64,000 nucleotides of DNA. Origin: Hyphochytrium catenoides (taxonomy: Eukaryota > Protista > Hyphochytriomycota). Below are positions 39,217 to 53,308 of the stretch, in pieces. The notes under the pieces were generated by a model that saw only the letters and a program-made list of their open reading frames with translations, did no database searches and had not been told where the DNA came from. Where the stretch lies: contig FLMG01001010.1 in assembly GCA_900088475.1 (NCBI GenBank), positions 62,001-126,000 on the forward strand, read 5' to 3'. Every line of letters begins with the position of its first letter. Position 1 is the first letter of the stretch. A program made the position numbers and the translations under genes.

Positions 39217-39690
39217 ATGGTGCGCATGAGCGTTCTTGCCGATACCCTTAAGACCATCCATAATGCTGAGAAGCGTGGAAAGAGGCAGGTCCTCGTCAGA
39301 CCTTGCTCCAAGGTCACAGTGAAGTTTCTTCAGGTTATGCAGAAGCATGGTACGATGGCTGTGGCGTGTTCAGTCTATCTGCTTAGGTCGACATTTTACT
39401 AACCGACTCTATCAATTTGTCCTTCGATAGGCTACATTGGTGACTTCGAGATCGTAGATGATCACCGCGGCGGCAAGATCGTCATCCAGCTGACTGGCAG
39501 AATCAACAAGTGCGGCGTCATCAGCCCGCGTTTCGATGTGCCTCTGAACCAATTCGAGAACTGGGTAAACAACCTTCTCCCATCTCGTCAGTTCGGACAC
39601 ATTGTGCTCTCTACCACCTACGGCATCATGGACCACGAGGAGGCTCGTAGAAAGCACACCGGTGGCAAGGTCATTGGCTTCTTCTATTAA
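39217..39690 (+). CDS. RPS15A: 40S ribosomal protein S15a (uS8); exons 39217-39349 and 39431-39690
   Basis: [33 protein letters not shown]...KHG|[36 protein letters not shown]...LPSRQFG...[24 protein letters not shown]. Confidence 0.99.
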
Positions 39691-40342
39691 GCCCCGCATA
39701 TAAATATCAATAAGCTCTGGTGGCGAAAGATATGATGTTGATGCAGCAAAACGTAGGTGCTTCGGCTACTTTTGTGTGAGGGAAGAGCTCCTAACGAAGG
39801 GGCCATGCCTTTTCGGTTTCCGGCAAGCTTAGAAGCCCTGTCTCCCACGCTGTGGGGTTAAAGAGGGACTGAGAAGTGGTAGTGGGCGAGCAGTCTTGCA
39901 GGAGTCGTGGTGATATGTAAGAGGAATAGGCATACCATAGGGCAGGAGCGGGCGACAGGGAAGCCATCAACGCAAAAGTCGCGATGTTTAGATCTGTGTC
40001 TGCGATTCTCATCTTATCTCTGCACGAAGGTATAGTCTAAAGCGTACGACAAGCCATCAAGCTTGCACTACTATCTAGGGGCTCCGCAAACATATAACGC
40101 CGCCCGTAACCCTATATCTATCTTCTAAGCTGCCGTCATTCACCTATATCTACCTAAATATTACCTATCTCATACTAGCGCCGACACTATGTTCCTAGGG
40201 GCTTTCTACGGTCAATAAATAGAGAACAAAGAAAGGAGAGAGAGAGAGCGAAGTGTGGGCTGGCGGACTGGCACTTGAGGCTCACAAACGAGAAGTTCGA
40301 CTTCTGCTAAAGTGAGGAAGGGGTAGTAGAGGAGAGAGCCCA

Positions 40343-41191
40343 TCAGAAACAAACAGCAGGATTGTAGCTGTCGGCGAGAAGGAAGGAGTGGACTCTTCGT
40401 TGAAGGACTTGGCAGCCTGATGTCTTCTGAAGGTGGGTATCTAGAGAGCGGAGTAGCTTTCTCTCGCAGGAGATTTGACCGGTGAGCTCCTCCTCCAGGT
40501 CCCTGATAGAGTCACGAAACTTCGCGATGACGTCGTCTTCATCGTCTTCGAGGCTAAAGAAAGAGAAAGATGTCCGCTCGATACTTTCTGTCTCTGTCAC
40601 TTCTCCATCTGGCTCCTGCAAGCAGGCCTTCTTGTCTGGCGTACTCTCGGGCTTGTCCTCATCTCTCTGAGGGGACGAGACCACGGACATCATCTCTCGA
40701 AGACTATCATAGAGCTCTAAAGGCTCGGCGAGTAGAGGTGTTGTCGAATCTCCTTCGTACTGTCTCTGCTGGATGTTTGGATCTCTCTCTGTCCGCCGCG
40801 TCACCAAAGCGTCTGACTGCCGAAAGATCTGAAGAGTCTCTGTCACTAAACTGTCTGCTTCAGTGAGCTTTCTTTCTATCCGTTGAAGCTCGTCCTCTTC
40901 CGGTTTTTGTACATCCAAGTTGTCAAATACGATCACTTCCCCATAATCGTTCTCCTCACTCACCACCCAATCTTCATCGATGAAGCGTCCCTTCCACAAG
41001 CCAGATCTCTCAAGCTCGACGCTCCTTGTTGCTTCATTTTCAGTCTTAATGTACTGCAGGTTCTCTTGCAATTGCCGCCAGATGAAATCCGGAGCGATGG
41101 CGTTCATGCAAGCCAGCAGGACTGTGAAGATGAGGAAGAGACATGTCTCAATAGCCACCAGAATCTTCTCCAATGCATCTCCTTGAGCCAT
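40343..41191 (-). CDS. Hypothetical 282-aa single-exon protein with N-terminal hydrophobic anchor and acidic coiled-coil segments
   Basis: Uninterrupted ATG-initiated ORF; ILVAIETCLFLIFTVLLACMNAI hydrophobic stretch; heptad-like ELQRIERKLTEADSLV and FRDSIRDLEEEL. No family recognised. Confidence 0.6.
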   Translation of the reverse strand: MAQGDALEKILVAIETCLFLIFTVLLACMNAIAPDFIWRQLQENLQYIKTENEATRSVELERSGLWKGRFIDEDWVVSEENDYGEVIVFDNLDVQKPEEDELQRIERKLTEADSLVTETLQIFRQSDALVTRRTERDPNIQQRQYEGDSTTPLLAEPLELYDSLREMMSVVSSPQRDEDKPESTPDKKACLQEPDGEVTETESIERTSFSFFSLEDDEDDVIAKFRDSIRDLEEELTGQISCERKLLRSLDTHLQKTSGCQVLQRRVHSFLLADSYNPAVCF

Positions 41192-41625
41192 CTAGTCTTC
41201 GTCTTTGACTCTATCCTGGCCTATCCAGCCACGTACTTGGCCATCACTCAAATCGAGAGTAGGTACGGGAAGAGAGATTGACTCCCCGTTGACTCTGTAC
41301 AAGGCGAGCAGATGAATGAGAATGCAAGGCGCTTAAAGTAGTTGGCAGTGATGAGGAGCTATTATTCTCGATTGCAATGACACCGATCTATGCCGGTTTG
41401 ATAATGTAGGAGCGATGAAGAAGTTGCTGCTTTTTCCAAAGAGATTGTCCAAGACCTTCTGTCTTTCACACCGATATTGTTCGAAGCTTGCTGATGAGGT
41501 CTGTGAGGGGTAAGGAGCGTGTGCAAAGGGAGGAAAAGAGATGGGAAAGAGCTGAGAGCTTGGTTCTTTATAAAATATATTTTGTGTACAGTAAGGGGTC
41601 AACTCTCATTCTCCTGCTGACATGG

Positions 41626-41675
41626 CCTTCTCTCTCTCTTTTCTTTCTCTCTCTCTCACTCTCACTCTCTCTCGT

Positions 41676-41707
<32 letters not shown>

Positions 41708-41858
41708 CCTCCCTATCTCTTTCTCACTCTTTCTCTCTCTTTCTCACTCTTTCTCTCTCTCTCTCACAGAGTCTGATCTTCTCTTTCATTAAAGTATCTC
41801 TCTCTTTCTCACTCTTGACTCTGTCTATCTCTGTATCTTCTGTCTCCGTATCTTTCCT
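41626..41858. repeat. Degenerate (CT)n tract
   Basis: About 230 nt of ctctct/ctttct. Confidence 0.93.
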
Positions 41859-42885
41859 CCAGAGTCGTACGAGTAGTCCGTCACTTCTCCACTTCATAAC
41901 AAGGCTCAGAACTGCCCGCCAAATCCCGAGGAAGGCTTCAGAATCTTTACAGTGAAACAATCCTAGAAGCTTATAGCTTTGTATCAGGATTGCTGAAAAC
42001 TAGGAAACCTACTTCCTTGAAACGAAATTTGTGAAGATGCAGTTCAAAGATGGTTTCCCACCGGTCATCGCATCATCATCTCCACCAACCTGCAGCGCGA
42101 TGTTGACGAGAACTCTCTCCTGTCTCGTTCCTGCTGACCTAGGTAGGAACCCTTATAAATATCTTAGAACTATTTAACAGCAATAAAAGTACAAGCCACT
42201 TCTACTCTTTACTGGTGTATGTTTTGAAGGTCAAGCAGGTCTGCGCGTCAGCGTGAAGCTCAGGCATTACTAGGCTCCTCTACTCCCTATAGAACTACCA
42301 TGACAGGTGGATGCTTGTGTTTCAGGTCTTCGAGAGTCTACTGTAGCAGAGAGTTATTATGTTCAGCTGATCCTCCAGCCTCCTTTGGTCACTGTCAGGC
42401 ACTTCGATGAAAGTATCCTCACAGACACATGACTCTTGAGTGGCATTAGTTTCCACATATTCGACTGGGAGTGGAAGGGAGCAGGCGAGTATCAGTGCTT
42501 CAGCAAGAGTCTCTTCTATCGACCAGGTTGCAATCTCGAGCTAGGCTGTCGAGTGGGTTACTATTGCATAATCAGACTAGAGAATGTGGAAGTCAATGCG
42601 CTGTCACAGCTGGTGGGGAAATGCGTCACCTGCCAATTGACGGCGATAGAAGAGAAGCAGTCTCGTTATGTGGCACATGTTGGAGGGATTGCATCCTCTC
42701 GCCTAGCGTACTAGTAGCGCGATGACGTTTATTGAAAAAAGAATGGGCTCAGAGAAACATGGTGGCCCAATGGAACATTTTCTCATCCTTCGAAGAAGAG
42801 ACGTGACAATCAAAGAAAGGACGCACAGTAGACTGAAGAGAACCTCAGAGGAACGAGTAGAATTGGAAACAATCGAGGTGGCCTA

Positions 42886-45800
42886 CTAGTGCTTCTGTGC
42901 ACTCTTGGACCGGCTAAGGTTCCGCCACTTATCCTTCAGGTCCACAGAAGATCTGTCCTTGAAGGTGTAGTTCTTAAGGATTTTCGCCCACTGACCGACT
43001 CCGAATGTCTCCACACCGTTTCGTAGATTCTCCTCCTCCTGCACAGACCAAGGAATTCTCTTCCTCTGCCTACCATTGGCGAGTCTCCTAGAAAGGGGAC
43101 AGTGGAGATGCCACATGTTAGAGGGGCTGGATGTTCATCCAGAGACAGTGGTGGGGTGCTTACTCTCTGGGAGATGTGAATGGGGCACCGGCCAGAGGCT
43201 GTACGGTAACCTTAACACGTAAGTGGGGGTAAGTTACGGAGGAAAAGGTGGTTAGGCTCATAGTGTGGCGCAAAGACGTTTACACCATTTTACCTTTGAT
43301 GGAGTTTTTAACCTTAGCTCATCGGCTGAGAAGCTTTCAATGTCATCATTCTGGGTGTCAAATGCAACCTAGGATACGAATGAGTCAGACGCAACGCTAC
43401 CAGAATGTTCCCACAGGAAGATGCTACAGACCTGCTTTGCGGAAGGATGAGGCTCGTCCAATCGGCGCCTGCAGTCAGCAAAGGAAGAGGCGTGAAGTTC
43501 TCTTTAGCGACAATACAGGGTAACAATGCATGGATTTAAGGTAGACTGGTTGAAGGGTGGCAGGAACTCTAAGATATTCAAGGTGGACTTACCTCGGCGC
43601 AGGCTTCGGTGGCTCCGTACTTTTGCTACTAACTGGCTGACTGTTGCGGGGAGATGACGTTGAACTGACCGGAGCTGACATAGCTTCATGCAGTGGGTCT
43701 ACGCCAATAGCGACTGATCTGTTCAGCTGAGCCATGTCCTGGCCATAGATTCAGGATTCGTTTAAGTAACAGTTCTATGTCGCATAAAAATAAGGGTTCT
43801 TTACCCGTTGTAAGTCTGAGGCAGTACTTCGGGCACGTGTGACGGGTTGTCCGTTCTCTTCTATAGTGACGTTATCACTCTGCACGAATATGTTTTGATT
43901 TATGTTAGGAGATACCAGATCTCTAAACGGCAACTAAGATGAGTTCTTACCTCACGTGTCTTCCGCGGTGCGCTCCGCGTAGACCACTTTGAGCTCTGCA
44001 GATGTGACATCTCACTGTCTTTGGGCTGCTACAAGAGTAAATGTCAGATACTTACTTTGGCGTATCGTTCTTGTCAGGCCGACGCAAAGGTGCTTTGCAG
44101 AAGACAAAAATGTTTGGTACCTTAAACGTCTGCGGAGAAGCCTCTGAGGCGGGAGTTGGATGTTTGTGGCGGGATGAATTACTTGGGACCGCTTCAATGT
44201 CATTCTCAGGCTACGAACGGCAGTCAGGCACTTCAAACACTTTATCTAATTTATGAAGTCTCTTATTGCACGTTTGGAGGTAAGCCACGTACATCAGAGA
44301 CCTCTCGGGATGCTTGCGATGCGCTTTGAACGGGCGTGCTCTTGGGTGGCGCAGGCTGCGCAACTATTCTGTCCCGATTCCTTATTATCTTCGAAAGGAG
44401 CATCATAGTGTTGTTAGAGTCATTACCGTACGATAAAGGCGTGTGGATTGAAGTACCTCTTCTGCTGTGGTCTGGCAGAGCAGCTCCCATTCACTGTCAG
44501 TTCCTTGGAAACATTTCCGAATCTCAGAAGCCTTAATGTGCTTCATCTTGATCTTATGCAAGCTTCCCAGGGATATAAGGGCACAGATTCGGTAAAAGAT
44601 GAGCAAGATAAAAGTGGTATTGTAGATTAAAAGTAAAGACGGAGTGAGGGGCACGCGCAATCTTAATTAGCAAAATACCTTGTCATGAAGGAGTCCGAGA
44701 ACTGTTCCACGTTTTCATCCTTTAAGCGATGATACAAGGAGTCCAACTATCATAGTAGCCTGTCAGAGTGATAGCAGTAAAGCAAGGATTTGCGAAAACC
44801 TTACTGCGCAGATGTAGGTCTCTCCGAGAAAGCTGTCCTCAAGCTTGCTTACGAAGTTCACCAGTTCTCTGCGGAAAGACGCCAGAGGATACTTCTCTTT
44901 GTATTGCTGGAATAGAGTATCTTTGTTGATATTTTTGTAAAGAAGATCACCTTCAATAACCCCGTACACTTTTCTCTTACCTGATACTTTGTTAGATCAA
45001 TGTTACCACTTAGGCGAATCAGAGAGCCAAGCTCCATTCTTGTTTCTGTATCAGTCTTTGGAAAATGCTGAGCAATAAGAGCCCTAAGCTTTTGACTGTC
45101 ATAAGCCTTTTTCTCTTGACACGCAGCCAGAACGACCTAATCCCAGGTAGTCGGGAAGAGCAGATTAGCTTAATGTACCCAAAGGAGCGTCGGCAAACGA
45201 GTAATAGTAAAGTCTGACACGCTAATGACAACACACGCTACGATCAGCCTTATGATGTTGGAAATCCGTACTAAGAACTTTCATCACCGTGATGATACCT
45301 GTCGCTTTAAGGTTTGCAGTAGTAACTGCGCCCCGGCAGCATCATAATGCAGGTGACATTCTTCCAGCTGACAAAGAGAAAGAACGGCTCCGACGTTAGA
45401 TCGGCTATTCGCTCGCCCTAGCAGAAGACAATCTTACAAGGTCCTCAAAGTACTCCAGGAGAGTCTCCAGGTCTTGGGCAGAGGTGGCTCGATGAAGCTG
45501 AGAGTCCAACTTTAAAAGGTCAGGAGATAAAGATAAATGGGGAAGATGCACGTACAAAGTGTAGGAGATGACAAAATTTAAGCCTCAGGCGGAGGCGTCC
45601 GTCTAATCGGCATCCCATGGCATCAATCTCATTCTTGATTACTTACGAAAGAAATTAGGCCCCATCAGTCGTAGCACTTCGGACACGCATAGGGACATGC
45701 TGAGCTTACATTGGATGCCTTCGGCTAGCCTCGCGCGGCAGAACCATTCGAGAATCCACTTCAGGGCATCAAGCCGCTTAGGACCTTGAATAGTTTGCAC

Positions 45801-46018
45801 AACTATAAAACAGATAGATGAGTGCAAACCGACCAGAGTGATAGAAGAGAAGCTACGAAAACGTCACCTGTGCTAGTGTCCTCGTCCTGCTGCTTCTGCT
45901 GGTTTGCTTCTAAATCGCTTACACTGCGCTTCCTCTTAGAGGAACGAGTAGTTCGCGGTGCGTCTTCAGAGCTAGTACTCATGGGCGATGTTGGTTGACC
46001 ATCTACAGGCTTGGCCAT
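42886..46018 (-). CDS. Telomere repeat-binding factor-like protein (TRFH-like N-terminus plus C-terminal telobox Myb), multi-exon
   Basis: C-terminus RIPWSVQEEENLRNGVETFGVGQWAKILKNYTFKDRSSVDLKDKWRNL carries the telobox LKDKWRN. The spliced N-terminus WILEWFCRARLAEG...LKFCHLLHFL...LETLLEYF...LKRQVVLAAC...YPLASFRRELVNFV...ETYI resembles TRFH helices. Confidence 0.85.
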
Positions 46019-46512
46019 GACTAGCCGTAACTGCGACGATGCTTTTGTGTCTCAGTGGAAGTGAACAATGACGTTACGAAGGTTGAGAACGTAACTCGTT
46101 TCACCTCTCAAATGCTAAACCGTTTTCTTGAAGACGAGTCAGAAGGGAGGAATGGGCTGGCCAAGAGCCAAGGCAAGACCACCCCAATTCTTAGTGACAC
46201 CTGGCCTCCTCGGTTAGCAGGACAGAGCCTTCCCTCCCTACCAGATAGCGTAAAGCCTCACCTATTGCATCAACCTGGTGCGATCAACAACAAAGCAGCT
46301 TGTCTCAAGGAGACTCTATTTCAAAAGATGATTGTGGAAGTATTATTCTGAAGATTTATTGGGAGCTCAAATCTGAAATCTGAGGATTCTGGGGTGGGTG
46401 AGGCAAACTGCAATTCTGCAATATAAGAACTATAGAAGGATTCACAGTAATCACGACAATGATAACCACGTCTATTGTGAACCTCAGTCATACCCTTGGA
46501 GCGGTTGTGGAT

Positions 46513-46900
46513 GAGAAGGAAAGGCGAGACAGAGTGAGAAACACCAGTGATAGAGTTAGACATAGACCTGGGGGATATGCGCCACAGCAAAAGGAGACAG
46601 AATGAGAGACAGTGAGACAGGGTGCATTCCTTCCCAGGATTGATTACTAGACAGAGGCTGCCGGAACACTAGGAAAACACAAGCAATCCTTCCAATCCAA
46701 GAAGAGAAAAGACGAGCTAGAGACAGAGGGGCAGGCAACCAGAAGAGAGAGACAGAGAGAGAGATGAGCAAGACAGAGAAAGATGGGGGAAGAAAGAGTT
46801 GACAATAAGCGCCAAAATTCAGCGGCACGAGAGGGAGAGAGATGAAGAGAGAGATGTCAGAGAGAAAAGAAGAACGCCAGAGAGGGAGAGAGCAGAGAAG
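46513..46900. repeat. GA-rich polypurine tract
   Basis: Dispersed gagaga/gagaca runs between the divergent TRF-like and GALNT genes. Confidence 0.75.
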
Positions 46901-47212
46901 TGATGCTACTGGACCTGTCATCATGGGAAAGGAGAACGGATCTGTGCACTGTCTGATGATGATGATGATGGCTAATGACTGAAGAAACTTCTCTCCCTCT
47001 CATCCTCCCGTCACTCCCTCAGTACCCTCATCCTAAGCTCTGCTCACCACCGTCACGGTGAGAAAGAATCTGTTATCTCCATCCTTTCGTCTCCTTCCGA
47101 TCACTGCCCCCAGCTGTCTAGTCTAGTGCAGAGGGCAGCGAAAAGGTCTTGCATGAGCCTTCTAGGTTAAGTTGTCGGTCGAGGTGCTGGCAAAGGCCAT
47201 TCCTCTGGAATC

Positions 47213-50200
47213 ATGCGCAAAGGGGCCACAAGACGCGAGCAGAAGAGAGGTATAACTCTCAGTAAGATCTATGGGATCCTCGGTGCCTTTGTAGGTCTTC
47301 TCCTCCTCTATCAGTTAACCAATATAACATCGAGGCGCGCAGGGGATTCTCTGAAAGAGAGGTAAGCATCTGCCAGTCAGGTCCTCTGTGCTTATGCTTT
47401 AGTATCATCACGCCGCTCTCGCCGCTCTATGTGCTGCGACTGCCCTCTACTAGCGGTCAAGCATGCGTCTCAACATCATCACTAACCCTCGACCCACTTG
47501 GGCAGCCTTACTACTGTCACAGAAGATGCTTCTGTCTTTGAACTGAAGCAGAAGCTAAGAGAAGCGGAAGAGAAATCCCGGGTTATGCAAGATGAGGCTG
47601 ACAGACTAAGGCTTAAGGTACACCTTCGCCAGCCTCATAACTCATGTGCTGGCGTTTGCTCTGAGGCTGCACTGTGGCACTATTGACCCTCTGTCCCGTC
47701 CTGGCTCACGATGCAGAGCGTCCCAAAACGAGGCACCCTTTTCTCTCATTGCTCTCCTATTCTTCCTTTCCCCTTTGCGAAGCACATAAGTATCTACTCG
47801 GTTAACCCTCCTTCCCATGCTCTGTCAGGCCAGCAAGGCTGAAAGGGATCTGGAATATTTGCGCAAAGAGATGGGTGACCGGCCACCAGCCACCGAAGCC
47901 CCTCCGCCTTTTGAAGAGTGGGTGAAAAGCACTTTTCAAGGTGGAGGGAAGGGCTCAGGAAAAGAGTCGGAGCTTCCGAAAGCGTGGGTCGAAGGAGATT
48001 GGACGGGTTTGCCTGCGGATAGGGTGAGACATCTCATAGGCTTCGCCTCGGTCTCCACATCTGTCAAACCATAGAATTCTACAGCTATCTGTCTTAAGCA
48101 TCTAATCTCCTTGCCCTTTCAGCGAGGAAGACTGGCATCTTGCCCTCCTTCCGTTATCAAATAACGCCAAATAACCGATCTTCATGGTCTTGACCTCCTT
48201 CCTTACTCATGCATCGGTCTCCCTTTCTATCCTCAAGGACAAGTCTAAGACCAACGACGACGAAACCATCAAGAAAGCGAGTGTAAACGAATACGCCTTT
48301 AATGCCTATCTGAGCGCAAAGATTCCAGTTCGCAGGAGCATTAATGACATCAGGGACGCGGGATGCAAAAAAGTTGACTATGAGAGCAAGAAGCCCTTGC
48401 CAAAGACGTCTGTCATCATAGTCTACGCAGATGAGATGTGGTCGACCTTGTTCCGGACGGTGTGGAGTGTACTGGATACGGTTCCTGATGATCTTCTTGA
48501 GGAGGTCATTCTGGTGGATGACGCCTCCACAGCCTCGTGGCTACAAAAGGACTTTTATGACTACATGGAGAAGTTGCCGCCCAAGGTTAAAGTCATCCAG
48601 CTCAAGGAGAGAAAGGGCCTTATCAGGGCAAGAACGATTGGTGCCGATCGCGCGAAGGGAGAGATCCTCGTGTTCCTCGATGCTCACTGTGAGGGCGTAA
48701 AGGTAGCAAATTGTGGATGAAAAGACAATCTTTTGTACCGTCCTTACGTTTGTTGCTCACTTCTCCTTTTCTCTTGCCTCGCTCTCGATGTCTCTATCCC
48801 AGCCGTCACCACGTGAGTAACACTGACAAGCGCTCTAACTGCAACCGCCACCCCCTGTTTCCCTCTCGCTTACTGGCTTCCTCGGTTCCTTTTGTTCGCC
48901 TCTGCTACTCTTCTTATCAACTTGTCTGGGTATGGATATCGAAGGACTGGTATCAGCCCATAGCTGCGCGTATCAAGGAGGATTACCGCATAGTGATTTG
49001 TCCTGTGATCGACCTTATAAACGAAGAGACAATGGAGCATCATGGCGCTGCGAAGCACTCCGTCGGCACCTTCAGATGGACCTTAGATTTCAGCTGGGAT
49101 TGGTACCAACCTCTCCCAGGTGACACAGGTAAACAATCTGAGTCACGACAATACTTTTGCATGGAAAGTGGAGAAAGCGTTAAAGACGGTCACGTAATGG
49201 GCACTGAATGCAGTCAAATATTTCTGGGCTTGCTTCCCCTCTCTAATAGTTTTTACTTCTAAAACTTCTGGACCTTAATACGTAGATGTTTCCCCTTGGA
49301 AATCTGGAACCATGGCGGGCGGCCTCTTCGCTATGCACAAGCGCTACTGGGAGGAGCTTGAAAAGTATGACTTGGGCATGTCTGGATGGGGCGGAGAGAA
49401 TCTTGAGCTCTCCTTCAGGATCTGGATGTGTGGAGGAAGATTAGAGGTGCAGCCGTGCTCTAGAGTTGCGCACGTGTTCCGTCCTCGCCACCCGTACACT
49501 ATTCCAGGAGAAGGCATCAATCACTCCTTCAAAGTGGTACGTGCTCTTACAGAAAGAAAGGAGAGCCGTTGCTTTTTCGTTGGTTATAGGTAATGTAGAC
49601 TATCGCCAGAGGACCACGGCTAGCTGGGTTGGGTTCGGCACTATTGTTACAGGGATGGTGCGAACTGCTTCTGGCGATGGGGAGTTTGCAACTTATTGAG
49701 CTTGCTGCTGCTTTGTCATGCTAAATAGAACTCTATGAGAATGGCAGCGACGTGGATGGATGAGTTCAAAGATTTGGCACTCAAAGTTCGCCCGGACTGG
49801 AAGGATGCAGATTATGGCGATGTTTCGGAGCGCCTTGCCATCAGAGAGTATGGACACTTTTTCGCTTCTTTTGCACTGCTTTTTCGCTTCTTTTACACTG
49901 CAAGATTTGTTTCAGTGGCAATTGTTTCCTTCTTCCAGTGAATGATCGCTACATGCGTTTGAGCGCATCTACTTGTCGTGCTGACTCCCACTTTCGTTTT
50001 GCTCTTTGCTGGACGCGGCCGCAATAGGAGGCTGAAGTGCAAGAGTTTCAAGTGGTACCTAGATAACGTGCTCCCCAACCTTTGGTACCCTAATGGCTCC
50101 TCTGTCCCTGACATGAAGCTCAGCGGTCAGCTCAAAAGTGCCATGAAAACGGATCTTTGCCTAGAAGGAGGAGACTCTGTACAGGCAAAGAGCTGCGTGT

Positions 50201-50785
50201 CATCTCCGATCTATGCTACCAACCAGTTTCTCTTCTATACTGAAAAGAAGAGGCTCAGGCAGCTAGAGAAAAACAAGTGCTTAAAGGCTCAAGGAGATAG
50301 TCTGAAGGCAGAGGACTGCACCGCGGTAAGTAACAGATCCCAGCAGTATCCTGAAGGGCTGTCTTCGAGTGACAAGTGCGCCACCGTCACAACCTGTTTA
50401 TTGTGCCCTCTGGCGTGACAAGGGTTCCTGTTTCCCTCTCAGCCTCTTCAAGGCGTCCTCTAGTCTTGTTGGCCTTCCCTGGTCTTTCTTACGTGCCAAG
50501 TGGTTCACTGCTTTTCATGTCTGAGTCCATCACTTGTCCAATAAGATAGACACCCACCTCTGATATGTCCGCTCTACTGACGTCGGTATGATTCTCCGGT
50601 CACAGCGCTCTGACCCAGAGCAGGCGTTCACATGGGTCCCAGTTGTTGGTTCTGGACAAGATGATCCTGTTGGACAGGTCAAAGACCAGAAAGGCAATTG
50701 TTTGCTATTGAATGATGACAACAGTGTCACCGTTGGCTCCTGCACCAGTGACAAGAGATCACAATGGAGCTGGACTGGCTTCTAA
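47213..50785 (+). CDS. GALNT: Polypeptide N-acetylgalactosaminyltransferase (GT27) with ricin-B lectin C-terminus; type II membrane protein
   Basis: N-terminal [17 protein letters not shown]; coiled-coil stem; [33 protein letters not shown] (DxH), [54 protein letters not shown]; C-terminal CL...C...QWSW. Confidence 0.95.
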
Positions 50786-51592
50786 GAAGCTTAGCAGTAG
50801 CCGATGTGGGCTGCTATCAAAGTTATTTTATCGATATGTCCCTTGATGTGGCTTGAGAACCGCTCTGTTAACACCACTCTAACTAATACTTTACAGAGCC
50901 TTCCTAACTTGACTACTTGCGCGAAGAGGTTGTTAGTCTCTTCATGCGTACCTTATTAGACTGGCTTGCCCTGATACTCTCCCTCTCTCAAGCTTTAAGC
51001 TCACCCTTTGCATTGCTCAGGCCCCCACTGCTAGCTCAATGTTGGTACCAACATGCCTTGACATCTTCATTGTCAGTGCATGTCATCTTGTCTTACTACC
51101 CGTGCGATTAAAGGGGCAACGCCGCCTCTATGGGCACATCATTAGCATAATACGAAGAGCTTCACAGCATCTCCGGTCACGGAAGCATGATATGCGTCTG
51201 CTCTTGAGCCTTGAATGATCTCTGAAGGTGCAGTCCCTGAGTTCTGAAGACTCAATGCAGCCTTCAGAACACAATGGCAAAAATGAAGCAGCTAGGCGTT
51301 AGCAACTGTATTAGGTTGTTCTGATTGTTTGTGCTCGGTTTGTGTGGAAAGTGATCAGGTCAGAGCATGAGCGGCTGGCTGATGAAGACTCTCAGTGCCA
51401 TGTTGATGATCGATGAGAAGCCCAGACAGGGTCACTCAGAGATAGAGGCGGCTGAGCTAAAGGAGGTCTTCTCTGGATCTACAAGGTCTACTGTCGCACT
51501 ATATAGGGCGCTGATCGTCCCCACGATGTCGGGGTGGAGAGGCAGAGGGTAGGAGCAGATAGTAGAAGGTAGCACCGTTTTCAAGAAGAAGG

Positions 51593-52873
<1,281 letters not shown>

Positions 52874-53308
52874 TGCTGATCTATCCAACGTGAATAGCTC
52901 TCGTGTAGGGCCAATCTTCCCCAGGGAATGCTGGCCCCTTATCTTTGGATTGCTTCTTTTGGGCTGACACATCTGTCATCGGCCACCACTGGGCCCTGTT
53001 CCTGACGGAGTCGCCTGTCTTCAGTCTATGGCTTTCCGTCTGAAGCCAAACCTCCTGCTAGCTCCTGCTCTTTTGGACGTTGAACCTCATATTGGCAACA
53101 TGGCAGCTATTGAGTTGCATTTACAATATATATATATAGTGTTATCTCGATCGCCTGACGGTTTCCCCAAACTTCTTACTTCCACTACGGACATCCTGCC
53201 GCGTGGCTTCCTTTTGGACGTCTGCTCCACTGATTGTTCTGACTATTGACGGATAATCCGCGGTATTTATCCTCTGTCTAGAGCCGAACAGACCTATCAT
53301 ACAAACAT

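Noticed and set aside
42037-42725. Short plus-strand ORFs and splice-like signals downstream of the CT tract
   Set aside because: No consistent exon chain or recognisable domain.
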